A stretch of 64,000 nt of DNA, from NCBI GenBank assembly GCA_049802875.1, contig JBARNH010000036.1, forward strand, positions 6,081 to 70,080, read 5' to 3'. Within the stretch, counting starts at the first letter, position 1. Each line of letters opens with the position of its first letter. This DNA comes from Thermoplasmata archaeon. Its GTDB lineage: Archaea > Thermoplasmatota > Thermoplasmata > Lutacidiplasmatales > UBA184. Below are positions 18,146 to 27,786 of this stretch, piece after piece. Under the pieces are notes generated by a model. It did not search any database. It was not told the origin of the DNA and saw nothing but the letters and a program-made list of their open reading frames with translations. Position numbers and translations under genes: made by a program.

Positions 18146-21100
18146 ATGAGGCGGCAGTTCGTCAGCGGAATCGTCGCACTGATCCTCGTCGCGTCCGTCG
18201 CATTTCTCATTGCGGTGCCCGCCCCGAGCACCCCTCCCTCGGCAATCCCCACTCTCTCGCACCTGCAGCCGGACTCGGGCGGTGCTCCCACGATCGCCGT
18301 GACCCCGACGCTTGGACCTGAAGGCAGTACTTTCAACGTGACCGGCGCCGGATTTACCGCGAGTTCCGGGGCGAATGTCTCCTTCGACTCCAGCGTGCTG
18401 GCCCCGTTCGGGGGTTCGGACTGTACTCACTCGGGGACGAACATCACGACCAACTCTACCGGAGGATTTGCCTGTCTGTTCACGGTGCCCACCATCTCTC
18501 CCGGCTCGTACGGGGTCAACGCGACCGATCAGTCCACAACCAACGAATCGAACACGGTCTCGTTTCAAGTGACGGCCCTGACGATCGTGGTCTCCCCGTT
18601 GCAGGGGCCGGTAGGGAGCAGCGTCACCGTGACCGGCTCCGGATTCACGGTGTCATCCCCGGCAAAGGTCAGTTTCTCTTCGGTCGTTCTTACACCGAAG
18701 TCGAGCGGGGATTGTGTGGTCAGCGGCACGACCATCACGACCGACCCGAGCGGCGGTTTCGCCTGCACGTTCACTGTGCCGACTTCGACCCCAGGGGCAC
18801 ACGACATCAATGCCACCGACCTCGCCACGTCCAACTCGACTACCCCATCGACGTTCACCGTGACCACGCTATTGATCGGGACGACCCCAAGCCAAGGACC
18901 GGTGGGCAGTACATTCACCGTGACGGGCTCGGGGTTCACCGTCAGCTCGGGCGCCGAGGTGAGCTTCGACGCGACCGCGCTCGCCCCGACCGGGGGTGCA
19001 GATTGCCCGGCGACCGCGACCACCATCACGACCGACCCGAGCGGCGCCTTCTCCTGCCGCTTCACCGTCCCTTCCGAGAGCACCGGGTCGCACAACATCG
19101 TCGGAACGGACCTCGCCACCTCCAATTCTGCCAGCCCCGTTTCGTTCACCGTGACCGCTGTCGGTATCACGGTCTCGCCCCAGCAGGGCCCCCAAGGGGC
19201 GACGGTCACCGTCTCCGGGAGCGGATTTTCCGTTGACACGACGCTCGCCTCCCTCGTTGTGGCCGCGGTGACGATCACCAGCTGCCCGACGGCCGGCTCG
19301 CTGATGAGCAACGGGACGGGGGCGTTTTCCTGCGCTTTCTCCGCCCCGAGCGGGACCTCGGGAACCACGGTGACCGCCACGGACGTTGGCGGCTCGGTGG
19401 CCACGGGCACGTTCGCGGTGACCTCACTGGCCATCTCGGTGCTCCCCGCCCAGGGCCCCGAAGGGGAGGCGGTGAGCGTTTCCGGGACCGGGTTTTCGGT
19501 CTCCTCGACCCTTCGATCGGTCGTCTTTGACGGAGTCACGGAGACGATCTGCGCCGGCGGCGGGTCGATGACGACGGATTCGGCCGGGGCGATCCTGTGC
19601 GCCTTCACGGTTCCGGGCGGTACATCAGGAACGACCGTTGCCGTGACCGACTCGGGCGGCGAGTTCGCGACGGCGACCTTCGCCGTCACCGTACCCGCCA
19701 TCACGGTCCAGCCCGGAGAGGGCGGGATCGGATCGACGGTGTCGGTCAACGGACAGGGATTCTCTGTCTCCACCGGCCTCGAGTCGCTCGTGTTCGACGG
19801 GATCACGATCTCGACCTGCACCGGGGGAGGGTCGCTCACTACGGACAGCTCGGGGGCGTTTTCGTGCACATTTCCGGTGCCGAGCGGCGCCTCCGGAACG
19901 ACGGTGATTGCCACCGACGTCGGTGGGGAGTCCGGGACCGGAACCTTTACCGTGACGACGCCGGCGATAACGGTCGCCCCCGGGCAGGGCGCCGTGGGAA
20001 GCGCGTTCACCGTGACCGGGTCCGAATTCACCGCCAACTCCGGAGCGACGGTCACTTTCGACGGCAGTGCGCTCACCCCGGCCGGAGGTTCTGATTGCAC
20101 CTTCACGGGGACAACAATCCGGACGGATTCGAGCGGCGCGTTCTCGTGCACGTTCTCTGTCCCTTTGGAAGCGGGAGGGAGCGCCACCGTGCTGGTGACC
20201 GAAGGAACCAATCAGGCCAGTCGAGAGTTCGTGGTCACCCCCTCACTGGCGATCTCGATTCCGAGCGGCACGGTGGGGGCGAAGGTCAATGTCTCCGGGA
20301 ACGGCTTCGTCCCGGCGACCGCGTTCACGGTGTTTTGGAACGCCTCGACCACGCTCTGCTCCGGTAATTCGTCGGCCACGGGCGGGTTCTCCTGCCCCTT
20401 CGTGATCCCCGCAACGCCCGCGGGGTCGAACACGCTCTCCGCGGTCCAGGGCACGCTGACGGTGAACTCCGCATTCACCGTAATCCCCAGTGCGGGGATC
20501 GCTCCGAACACCGGCCCGGTGGGGAGCACCGTGGCGATCACCGGAACGGGGTTTGATGCGATGACGCGTTACACGGTCTCGTGGAACGCCTCCGTTGAGC
20601 TCTGCGCCGGTACAACGTCTCCGGTCGGGGGATTTTTCTGTACGGCCGTCGTTCCCGCGTCGAACCCGGGAGCGATCTCTCTCACCGTATCCGAGGGGAC
20701 CCACACTCCCACGTTCAGCTTCACTGTCACTCCGTCCGCTCCTCCGACCCCGGCGAGCGCGGCGGCGCCGTTCCCCTGGTGGGAAGTCGCGGTCGTCGTG
20801 GTCCTGCTCGGTGTGGTGCTCGCCGCCGTTCTGGTGTTCGGGCTCCGGCGACGGCGAAGGCCGCGGGGGCGTCCTGGCCCTCGCTCACACTCGGGAAGCA
20901 GCGTGGCGGCTTGGCAATCGACTCCACCCCCGCCGTCGGGCTCCAGCTCGCCGCCTGCAGCGGCCGGCACGCTTCCGGTGCCACCTCCGCCCGGGGTATC
21001 CGGCGCGGAACACGTCGGCGAGCCGGAGGACATCGACGTGCTGATCTCCCGCCTGGAGAAAATGAGCGTTCAGATGTTCAAGAAAACCCCGAAGGAACTG

Positions 21101-21154
21101 GGGCACCCGGACCCCGCAGGCGAAACCTCCGGGGAACCGTCGAACGAACCGTAG
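18146..21154 (+). CDS. large cell-surface protein: signal/TM, about 10 tandem Ig-like (IPT/TIG-like) repeats, C-terminal TM anchor and Pro-rich cytoplasmic tail
   Basis: The N-terminal hydrophobic segment is followed by repeats of about 95-100 aa (TVTGSGFTVSS...DC...GTTITTD.SGGF.C.FTVP...TFTVT), each with two Cys. The C-terminus reads FPWWEVAVVVVLLGVVLAAVLVFGLRRRRRP followed by a Pro/Ser-rich tail. Many N-x-S/T sequons. Confidence 0.8.
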   Translation: MRRQFVSGIVALILVASVAFLIAVPAPSTPPSAIPTLSHLQPDSGGAPTIAVTPTLGPEGSTFNVTGAGFTASSGANVSFDSSVLAPFGGSDCTHSGTNITTNSTGGFACLFTVPTISPGSYGVNATDQSTTNESNTVSFQVTALTIVVSPLQGPVGSSVTVTGSGFTVSSPAKVSFSSVVLTPKSSGDCVVSGTTITTDPSGGFACTFTVPTSTPGAHDINATDLATSNSTTPSTFTVTTLLIGTTPSQGPVGSTFTVTGSGFTVSSGAEVSFDATALAPTGGADCPATATTITTDPSGAFSCRFTVPSESTGSHNIVGTDLATSNSASPVSFTVTAVGITVSPQQGPQGATVTVSGSGFSVDTTLASLVVAAVTITSCPTAGSLMSNGTGAFSCAFSAPSGTSGTTVTATDVGGSVATGTFAVTSLAISVLPAQGPEGEAVSVSGTGFSVSSTLRSVVFDGVTETICAGGGSMTTDSAGAILCAFTVPGGTSGTTVAVTDSGGEFATATFAVTVPAITVQPGEGGIGSTVSVNGQGFSVSTGLESLVFDGITISTCTGGGSLTTDSSGAFSCTFPVPSGASGTTVIATDVGGESGTGTFTVTTPAITVAPGQGAVGSAFTVTGSEFTANSGATVTFDGSALTPAGGSDCTFTGTTIRTDSSGAFSCTFSVPLEAGGSATVLVTEGTNQASREFVVTPSLAISIPSGTVGAKVNVSGNGFVPATAFTVFWNASTTLCSGNSSATGGFSCPFVIPATPAGSNTLSAVQGTLTVNSAFTVIPSAGIAPNTGPVGSTVAITGTGFDAMTRYTVSWNASVELCAGTTSPVGGFFCTAVVPASNPGAISLTVSEGTHTPTFSFTVTPSAPPTPASAAAPFPWWEVAVVVVLLGVVLAAVLVFGLRRRRRPRGRPGPRSHSGSSVAAWQSTPPPPSGSSSPPAAAGTLPVPPPPGVSGAEHVGEPEDIDVLISRLEKMSVQMFKKTPKELGHPDPAGETSGEPSNEP
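18300..20720 (+). repeat. intragenic tandem repeats (about 290-300 bp period, about 10 copies) encoding Ig-like domains
   Basis: The periodic protein repeat is visible in translation. The antisense 548-aa ORF mirrors it. Confidence 0.7.
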
Positions 21155-21188
21155 GGGTCCAGCGACGGGTCAACTCCGGCGAAGCTGC

Positions 21189-21707
21189 CTAGGCCGGTAC
21201 CGGCAACGTCACGTGGGAGAGGGAGGCCGGGAGCCCTCGGGCAACTCGGTCACCGACGGGTCGGAATCCGAGTTCCTTCGATTCGAAGGCGGCGCGAACC
21301 GCTCGTGCGAGGTACGGAACGGCCGGATACTCCTCGAGTTCCGATGCGCGAACCCAAGCATACTCGGTGTGCTCCCGGACGTCGAGCCGCGGAGACTTCC
21401 GGACGGGAGCGGAGCAGTGGAAGTACACTCCCACTGTCGGTCGGATCTTCCCTCGTTTGGAGATCGTACCGAACACCTCGGCGTGGAATAGGGGTCCGAT
21501 GCGAACGTCAAACCCCGTTTCCTCGCGCACCTCTCGCCGGGCGGCGCGCGCGAGCGTCTCGCCGGGCTCGACGTGACCCCCCGGCAGATCCCAAGCGCCG
21601 GGGTTGGAGGCGGCGGTGGAACGGTGAAGAAGGAGGATCTGGTCACCGCGAAAGATCGCGGCGCCGGCCGATACCCGCGCCCGCAAATTTTCCTGGTTCC
21701 GCTTCAT
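21189..21707 (-). CDS. NUDIX hydrolase
   Basis: Nudix box GGHVEPGETLARAARREVREETGF. Confidence 0.85.
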   Translation of the reverse strand: MKRNQENLRARVSAGAAIFRGDQILLLHRSTAASNPGAWDLPGGHVEPGETLARAARREVREETGFDVRIGPLFHAEVFGTISKRGKIRPTVGVYFHCSAPVRKSPRLDVREHTEYAWVRASELEEYPAVPYLARAVRAAFESKELGFRPVGDRVARGLPASLSHVTLPVPA

Positions 21708-21834
21708 GGGGGGCAGCCTACCATCTTGGGGGTCGTGAAGCTTTCGATGCCTGCAAAAGCCGCGGCGGACCGGTGAGTCTCAGCCGGTCACGCAAGGGGG
21801 TAGGTTATTTGGGAGAAACTCGGCTCAGGGCGGT

Positions 21835-23934
21835 GTGCTCATTCCTCCCGCGTTGGCGTTCGGAGAGCTCGTACTCCTGTTCCTGATCCCTCTCCCGCTC
21901 GGAGCCATCACCCTCCGCCTCGCGGAACGGTTCTTGGGACACGGGTTGGGCTTCTCACCTCTCGAACGCGTTTTGGTCGCTTTCTTCGCGGCGGGCACGA
22001 TCCTCTTCGTTTTCGCGGCCCTCCCGGTCGCGTGGTACGGTTGGGCCCTGATCTCGGCCGTCTTCGGGGCCGGGATGGCCGCCTTCGTGGTGATCACCCT
22101 ACGAGAGCGTGGCGCCGGCCTCCGTCCGATCCTCGCCTTCATGAAAGGCGTGCCGGGTCTCCTCCTCGTCGGGGGGACTCTCGGGCTCGTCGCTCTGGAA
22201 CTCCTCGCGACCTGGACAATCCCGTTCCCGAACACCTACGACGGAGCGTCGACCGCCGTCTGGGTGAACCTCCTTCTGGCGAATCATACGATGCCCTGGA
22301 CCCTGGCTCCCTACGCGAATTGGGGCGTCGCCTACCCTTTCGGAGCCGTCGTCTGGATGTCGATCCCCGTGGCACTGTTCGGGTGGCCGATCACCGGGGC
22401 CCCGGTGCTGCTCCCTCCGCTCTTCCTGGCCCTGACCGTCCCCTCGGCGTATGCCCTCGGGTCGCGAGTGGCCGCGGGCTCCCGACAAGCACCGGAGGGC
22501 GTCGGCCTCCTCTTCGCAGGGTTCTTCGGGCTCGTGACGGCGTGGCCCCGACTCTTCGTGGGCGGTTCGTATGACTTCATCTTCGTAACCCCCCTGTTTC
22601 TGATCTCCTTGGGCTGCCTCCCAGGTTTGCTCCGGGCGACCGGGCGGAACTGGAAAGACCTCGTCGGGGTCGGCGCGTTCGTGGGGGCGATGGTCTGCTT
22701 GGGGACCGCGGCTGCCGAGTTCCTCATCCTCGTCCTCGTGGCCTATCTTCTGATGTTCCGTCGGGAGGTGGCGACGACCCTCCGCTCGGGCTTCGCGCGA
22801 ATCGTCGGGGTCGCGCTGATCGGCTCGGCCTTCATGGTCCGGACTCTCGTCGCCCTCGCCCTATGGTACCCCTATCCCGGGCATGTGCTCACCGAGGCGG
22901 GCCAACCTCCGTATGCGACCCCGGTCTCCCCCTACCAGTTCGGGACTCGGTTAGTGACCGGTGAACTGGACCCGTTCGTCCTGTGGAAGGCGAAGCTGTC
23001 CCCGTTCCCGGCGGTCTCCATCGAGCTGCAACTGCTGTTGGCGGTCGGTATCGTACTTCTCCTGGTTCGCGCGTGGTCACCCCAGAGTCCGCTCCGAGGA
23101 TTAGTGAGCTCGCGCCTGACTCACCTCGTCGCCGCGGGGACGGCGACCGGGTTGCTACTGGTCGCCTTCCTCCTTGCCACTACCGTTCCGGGGTCTTCGA
23201 TTCAGGAGGAGGGGCTGCTCGCGTCCCTGGAAGAATCGTCGGAAATTCTGTTCCTATTTTTCTGCCTCATCGCGTTGGTCCCGCTGATCGCGGCGGTCGA
23301 GCTGCTGCGCACGGGCCGACGCGTCACGACGGGAGGAGTCGACCTCGAGGACCTTCCGTCGAAAGGTCCAACGGCGCCCACTCGGACCTCTTGGCATTAC
23401 TCTGCCCGGCGACCGTCGAGCGGGGTCACGACCGTGTTGGTGTTGGTGTTGCTCATCCCGCTGGGATCGGGCGCGTACACCTCCGTGGTCGACGGACCGG
23501 GGTACCTCCACGGTGCGGTGACGTTGACGGCCAGTGTGACCCCGAGCGATGCGGATGCGCTTCGCTGGGCCGGGGCGAACCTTCCCGGCTGCTCCCGGGT
23601 GTTGGTGGCGCCGGGCTCCGCAGCCGAGTTTCTCCCCGAATTCGCGCGAGTTTCTGTGGTCTATCCGATGCTGCCGGCCCCGGTGAACCTCTCCTATGCA
23701 CTCATTGTGGCCGGCCTCATCCTCGGCCAGTACAACTCGACCTTCCGGGCCGAACTCGTACAGCTCGAGGTCACCGAGGTGTTCGGGACCGGTATGAACT
23801 CGGCCTCGTACCTCCCCTTCGACCTTCAGCCGCTCGCCACATCGAGCGACTTCCATCTTCTGTTTCAGGAGGGCGACGCATCGATCTACGAGTTCCTCCC
23901 CGGTGCGACGGCGTCGGGCTGCGCCGTGGCCTGA
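21835..23934 (+). CDS. polytopic membrane protein (at least 12 TM) with about 200-aa extracytoplasmic C-terminal domain; possible GT-C-like glycosyltransferase
   Basis: 699 aa. Multiple TM helices span the first ~470 aa, followed by a soluble C-terminal domain. There is no WWDYG motif, so this is not a canonical AglB. Confidence 0.6.
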   Translation: MLIPPALAFGELVLLFLIPLPLGAITLRLAERFLGHGLGFSPLERVLVAFFAAGTILFVFAALPVAWYGWALISAVFGAGMAAFVVITLRERGAGLRPILAFMKGVPGLLLVGGTLGLVALELLATWTIPFPNTYDGASTAVWVNLLLANHTMPWTLAPYANWGVAYPFGAVVWMSIPVALFGWPITGAPVLLPPLFLALTVPSAYALGSRVAAGSRQAPEGVGLLFAGFFGLVTAWPRLFVGGSYDFIFVTPLFLISLGCLPGLLRATGRNWKDLVGVGAFVGAMVCLGTAAAEFLILVLVAYLLMFRREVATTLRSGFARIVGVALIGSAFMVRTLVALALWYPYPGHVLTEAGQPPYATPVSPYQFGTRLVTGELDPFVLWKAKLSPFPAVSIELQLLLAVGIVLLLVRAWSPQSPLRGLVSSRLTHLVAAGTATGLLLVAFLLATTVPGSSIQEEGLLASLEESSEILFLFFCLIALVPLIAAVELLRTGRRVTTGGVDLEDLPSKGPTAPTRTSWHYSARRPSSGVTTVLVLVLLIPLGSGAYTSVVDGPGYLHGAVTLTASVTPSDADALRWAGANLPGCSRVLVAPGSAAEFLPEFARVSVVYPMLPAPVNLSYALIVAGLILGQYNSTFRAELVQLEVTEVFGTGMNSASYLPFDLQPLATSSDFHLLFQEGDASIYEFLPGATASGCAVA

Positions 23935-23937
23935 GGG

Positions 23938-25023
23938 TCACTCCATCCCGTACAGCTGACGTCGCAATCGAATGTACACGCGGGTCCCGAGGCTGGGGGC
24001 GAACAGCGAGAGGAAACCGAGGGGCACCGCGGTCCAATATCGGCGGACTTCGAACGACCGGGTCGCCCCCAACGTCCGGAGCAACGACGTCGCCCGTGCA
24101 GACCGCGGAACGCCCGGGTCCCGGAGCGAGAAGATCACCTCCCCGATGTCCCGTTGCGCCACAATCGAGGCGACGACGGCTGCTGGCCCTTCGCGGCGGA
24201 CGAATGCGACCAGGGACTCTCGGCGCCGTTGGGCGTTCGTCTGAAACTCTCGGAGACGCCGCAGCTGCTCCGCGGAGTCCGCCGTCGTTGGGTCCGAGTT
24301 GCTGGCGGCATGGCGTCGCAACGCAGTGATCGGTATCGGATCGAATACGAGGGCGCCCGGAGCGGTGAGGGCGAGGTAGAGCAGCGTGACATCGACCAGC
24401 ATGTCGACCTGATCGAGCAGGTCCGCCCCTCGCTCCAGAAGCTCCCGTCGGACGGCGATAGAGCTGTTGTTGAAGCCGACCGGGATCCCGACCATCCGCG
24501 CGAGGTCCCGGGGAAGCGGACGGCCCGGCACCCGGATCAATCCTCGGTGGCTCCACCGGTGCATCGCCGTTACGGGAGGTCCGGGCTGCGGGTTCGCTTT
24601 GCCTTGGCCATCGATGGAGTGGTAGCCGTTCTGGAAGTAGGTGAGGGTCGGGTCGGCGCGGAACGAGGAGAGCACGCGGCTCAAGTGATTCGGCTCGAAC
24701 AGGTCGTCGTCCTCCAGGAACGCGACGAGCGGGGTGGTCGCTTGGCGGGCCGCCGCCGCGATCTTGTTTCCCAGCCCGACCTCGGAGCACTCCACAAAGG
24801 TGAGTTTGGGGTCGCTCGAACGCTCGACCAGCTCCGGGGGTCGGTGGGGACCGACCACCAGCACCTCGAACCGGGCAGCGGGAAGATCTTGGCGCAGAAC
24901 GGACTCGATCGCAAGGGGTAGGAATTGCAGGCGCGTGTGGAAGACCACGATCACCGTGATATCCGGCGCCGCCGCCGTGGCGGTGGGCGGGCCCGGGGGG
25001 GTTCCGCTCATCGGTTCCCTCAA
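23938..25023 (-). CDS. glycosyltransferase family 2
   Basis: GT-A N-terminus ITVIVVFHTR...SVLRQD and a DxD-like EDDDLFEP. Confidence 0.85.
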   Translation of the reverse strand: MREPMSGTPPGPPTATAAAPDITVIVVFHTRLQFLPLAIESVLRQDLPAARFEVLVVGPHRPPELVERSSDPKLTFVECSEVGLGNKIAAAARQATTPLVAFLEDDDLFEPNHLSRVLSSFRADPTLTYFQNGYHSIDGQGKANPQPGPPVTAMHRWSHRGLIRVPGRPLPRDLARMVGIPVGFNNSSIAVRRELLERGADLLDQVDMLVDVTLLYLALTAPGALVFDPIPITALRRHAASNSDPTTADSAEQLRRLREFQTNAQRRRESLVAFVRREGPAAVVASIVAQRDIGEVIFSLRDPGVPRSARATSLLRTLGATRSFEVRRYWTAVPLGFLSLFAPSLGTRVYIRLRRQLYGME

Positions 25024-25053
25024 CCCCCGGAGCGACGAGCAGCGGTCGCCACG

Positions 25054-25935
25054 CTAGTCCATCGTTTGCAGGCGCAATCGCTCCAGACCGTCTCGGACGG
25101 TGAGCATGGGGATGTTCGTCACCCGCTCGACCTTGGCCGAGGAGAGGTTGACGGAGGGAGGCCGGGGCGCGATCTGGTGGAGCTGTGGGGTGGTCACCGG
25201 GCTGATGAGCGACTCGTCCAGGCCGAAGGTCCGGGCGATTTCGAGCGAGAAATCGAATCGGCTGAGGCAGTCCTTTCCGGCGATGTGGAACATGCCGGTC
25301 GCCCCTTTCTCGTACAGACCGAGCAGCTGCTCGGCGAGATTGTCTGCCCACGTCGGGTTGCTCTTCTGGTCGTTGACAATCGTCACTCGCTCCCCCTTTC
25401 GCAGCTTATCGACCAACCAGAGGGCGAAGCTGACCTTGTTGAGTCCTCCGACGCCGTAGATCACCGCGGGCCGGGCGACCGCGAAGTTCAGGCCGAACGC
25501 GTCCAGCATCTGCTCGACGACCACCTTCGTCATCGCGAAGTAGCTCAGCGGGTGGGGCTTGTCCTTCTCGGTGTAGCGTAGCTTGCGTCCGTCGAAGACG
25601 TACTCGGTCGACAGGAACTCGTACTTGCAACTGAACTTTTTGCACGCCTCCGCCACGTTTCGGGCTCCATCGACGTTGTTCTTCCACGCGTCCTCGTGAT
25701 GCACCTCGCAATGGTCGACGTTGTTGAGCGAGTGCGTGTCGACCACGAGGTCGGGTTTCACGCGTTCGACCAGGCGGACGACCGCCTCCCGGTCGCCGGT
25801 GTCGATCCGATGGAGGTTCTTCCCTTTGAGCTCGTGCGACAGATACGTGCCGTGGACCTCGAAGCGGCCCTCGGCCAGCTTCGCGACGCGACTCCCGACC
25901 AGCCCGCTCTGCCCGATCACGAGGATACGATCCAT
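25054..25935 (-). CDS. rmlD: dTDP-4-dehydrorhamnose reductase
   Basis: 293 aa. The N-terminal MDRILVIGQSGLVGSRV Rossmann fold and overall architecture match RmlD. Confidence 0.82.
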   Translation of the reverse strand: MDRILVIGQSGLVGSRVAKLAEGRFEVHGTYLSHELKGKNLHRIDTGDREAVVRLVERVKPDLVVDTHSLNNVDHCEVHHEDAWKNNVDGARNVAEACKKFSCKYEFLSTEYVFDGRKLRYTEKDKPHPLSYFAMTKVVVEQMLDAFGLNFAVARPAVIYGVGGLNKVSFALWLVDKLRKGERVTIVNDQKSNPTWADNLAEQLLGLYEKGATGMFHIAGKDCLSRFDFSLEIARTFGLDESLISPVTTPQLHQIAPRPPSVNLSSAKVERVTNIPMLTVRDGLERLRLQTMD

Positions 25936-25938
25936 CGT

Positions 25939-26670
25939 CTAGCTCCCTCGGGCCCCTGACTTGCGGGCCGCATACAGGGTGGCTCTCTTGAAGCCATCCT
26001 CCGTCCCGGCGTCGGCCACGAAACGGTCCGTGAAAATGGGGTGGAGTCGGTCGTTTCGGATGTACCAGTTCATGACGTCGGCGATCTCCAGCTCCCGTCG
26101 CGCGCTCGGGGAGACGGAGCGAATTACTTGGAACACATCGGGGGGAAAGACGTACAGACCGACGACCATCTGGTCCGACCTCGGGTGGGCCGGATGGTCT
26201 TCGATCGCCCGTATTCTCCCGGAAGTGTCGAGCTCCGCGATCGCGACGTGCTGAGGGTCGGTCGCGGGAGCCACGAACACGTGCGCGTTGTCGTCTCCCA
26301 GAACCTCCGGAGAGAGCGTGACCGGTTCGAAGAGATCGTCCCCTAGGATCGCGACGACCTTGGACCCCCGGAAGAATGACTCGGTCTGGAGCAACGCATG
26401 GGCGACTCCCTTGGGGCCGTCCTGGCCGATCAGCGTGAGAGTCACGCCGTAGCGGCTCCCGTCGCCGAGCACCTGACGGAACGACTCGAGGTGCTCGGTG
26501 CCCGTCACAACGCCGACCTCTCGGATGCCTATCCCTTGGAGGGTCCCGATCGGGAAGGCGACCATCGGACGGTCGAAGACCGGCAGGAGGTGCTTGTTGA
26601 TTGCAAAGGTATACGGTCGAAGACGGGTGCCTGTGCCCCCCGCGAGGACGGCGCCTTTCTGAATCCCCAT
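25939..26670 (-). CDS. rmlA: glucose-1-phosphate thymidylyltransferase-like (short-form RmlA)
   Basis: GGTGTRLRPYTFAINKHLLPV nucleotidyltransferase motif. 243 aa. Confidence 0.82.
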   Translation of the reverse strand: MGIQKGAVLAGGTGTRLRPYTFAINKHLLPVFDRPMVAFPIGTLQGIGIREVGVVTGTEHLESFRQVLGDGSRYGVTLTLIGQDGPKGVAHALLQTESFFRGSKVVAILGDDLFEPVTLSPEVLGDDNAHVFVAPATDPQHVAIAELDTSGRIRAIEDHPAHPRSDQMVVGLYVFPPDVFQVIRSVSPSARRELEIADVMNWYIRNDRLHPIFTDRFVADAGTEDGFKRATLYAARKSGARGS

Positions 26671-26768
26671 GTGTACCCTGACAACATGGTCCCAAGGTTT
26701 ATACGTGACACTGTTTCAAGGTAAGACGTTCCGACCTCTCCTAGCGAGGAACAGGCGGAGAGAGAGGC

Positions 26769-27782
26769 ATGAAGGTCCTCGTCACCGGAGGCGCAGGGTA
26801 CATCGGTTCGATCCTGACGCCTCTGCTCGCCAAGGAAGGGTTCGATGTGACGGTCTACGATCGGTTCTTCTTCGGAAAGGGTGGTCTCGCTGGCCTGGAG
26901 GACCGCATCAAGCTCATTCGCGGCGACATCCGTTGGATCGACTCGTCGACCCTTCGAGGTATCGATGCGGTCATCGATCTGGCAGCCCTTTCGAACGACC
27001 CGATCGGCGAACTCGACCCGAAGCTCACGCTCCAGATCAATCACCAGGCTCGTGTCCGTATCGCGAGGCTGGCGAAACGGGCCGGGGCTCAGAGATACCT
27101 GTTGGCCTCGTCGTGCAGCGTCTACGGTTTCCAGAAGAAGACCGCGACCGAGGAGACCCCGGTCCACCCCCTCACGACGTATGCCAAAGCCAACGCGTTG
27201 TGGGAGCGGGACGCCCTTCCGTTGGCGAGTCGGAAGTTTACGGTCACCGCGCTACGACAGTCGTCCGTCTATGGCCTATCGAAGCGCATGCGCTTCGACA
27301 TCGCGTTCAACAACATGGTCCTGAGCGTGTTCCGGGGGAAACGCCTCCCGATCATGCGCGACGGGAAGCAGCGACGGCCGATCATCCACATTCGGGACAC
27401 TTCGCGCGCGTTCCTCTCGGTCCTCACCGCCGACCCGGACCTCGTCCGCGGGGAGGTCTTCAATTCCGGCTCGAACGACCAGAACTTCCGGATCTACGAC
27501 CTCGCAAAGACCGCCGCCGAGAGCGTTGGGGTCCCGTTCCGGTTCGAATGGTACGGGTCGCCGGATTTCCGAAGCTACGACGTGAACTTCGACAAGATCC
27601 GGCGGGTCCTGGGATTCAAGCCAAAGTACACCCCCCGCGACGGGGCGCGCGAGGTGTTCCGCGCCCTCAAGAGCGGAGCGCTCCAAGCCGACGACCGAAC
27701 GATCACGATCCGGTGGTACCAGCATCTACAGGAGCTTCTCGAGACCGTGCGGGAAGTCGAACTCCGGGGGAGGATCCTGTAA
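26769..27782 (+). CDS. NAD-dependent epimerase/dehydratase family protein (candidate sugar 4,6-dehydratase/4-epimerase)
   Basis: MKVLVTGGAGYIGS Rossmann motif and catalytic YGLSK. Confidence 0.8.
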   Translation: MKVLVTGGAGYIGSILTPLLAKEGFDVTVYDRFFFGKGGLAGLEDRIKLIRGDIRWIDSSTLRGIDAVIDLAALSNDPIGELDPKLTLQINHQARVRIARLAKRAGAQRYLLASSCSVYGFQKKTATEETPVHPLTTYAKANALWERDALPLASRKFTVTALRQSSVYGLSKRMRFDIAFNNMVLSVFRGKRLPIMRDGKQRRPIIHIRDTSRAFLSVLTADPDLVRGEVFNSGSNDQNFRIYDLAKTAAESVGVPFRFEWYGSPDFRSYDVNFDKIRRVLGFKPKYTPRDGAREVFRALKSGALQADDRTITIRWYQHLQELLETVREVELRGRIL

Positions 27783-27786
27783 CCCC

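Noticed and set aside
18565-20211. The 548-aa antisense ORF inside the repeat surface-protein gene, and similar antisense ORFs in 40321..45315 and 57267..62659
   Set aside because: Mirror-image ORFs are expected opposite GC-rich tandem coding repeats. The sense frame has the signal peptide, the TM anchor and the coherent domain repeats.
21835-23934. Calling the 699-aa polytopic protein an AglB/STT3 oligosaccharyltransferase
   Set aside because: No WWDYG, DK or MI motifs could be found, so only a generic GT-C-like description is justified.
25406-26695. The 429-aa Arg-rich ORF over rmlA/rmlD, and plus-strand ORFs at 26669..27832, 50550..51344 and 51378..52157
   Set aside because: Their composition (RRGRP-type runs) and their position opposite strongly supported genes point to artefacts.
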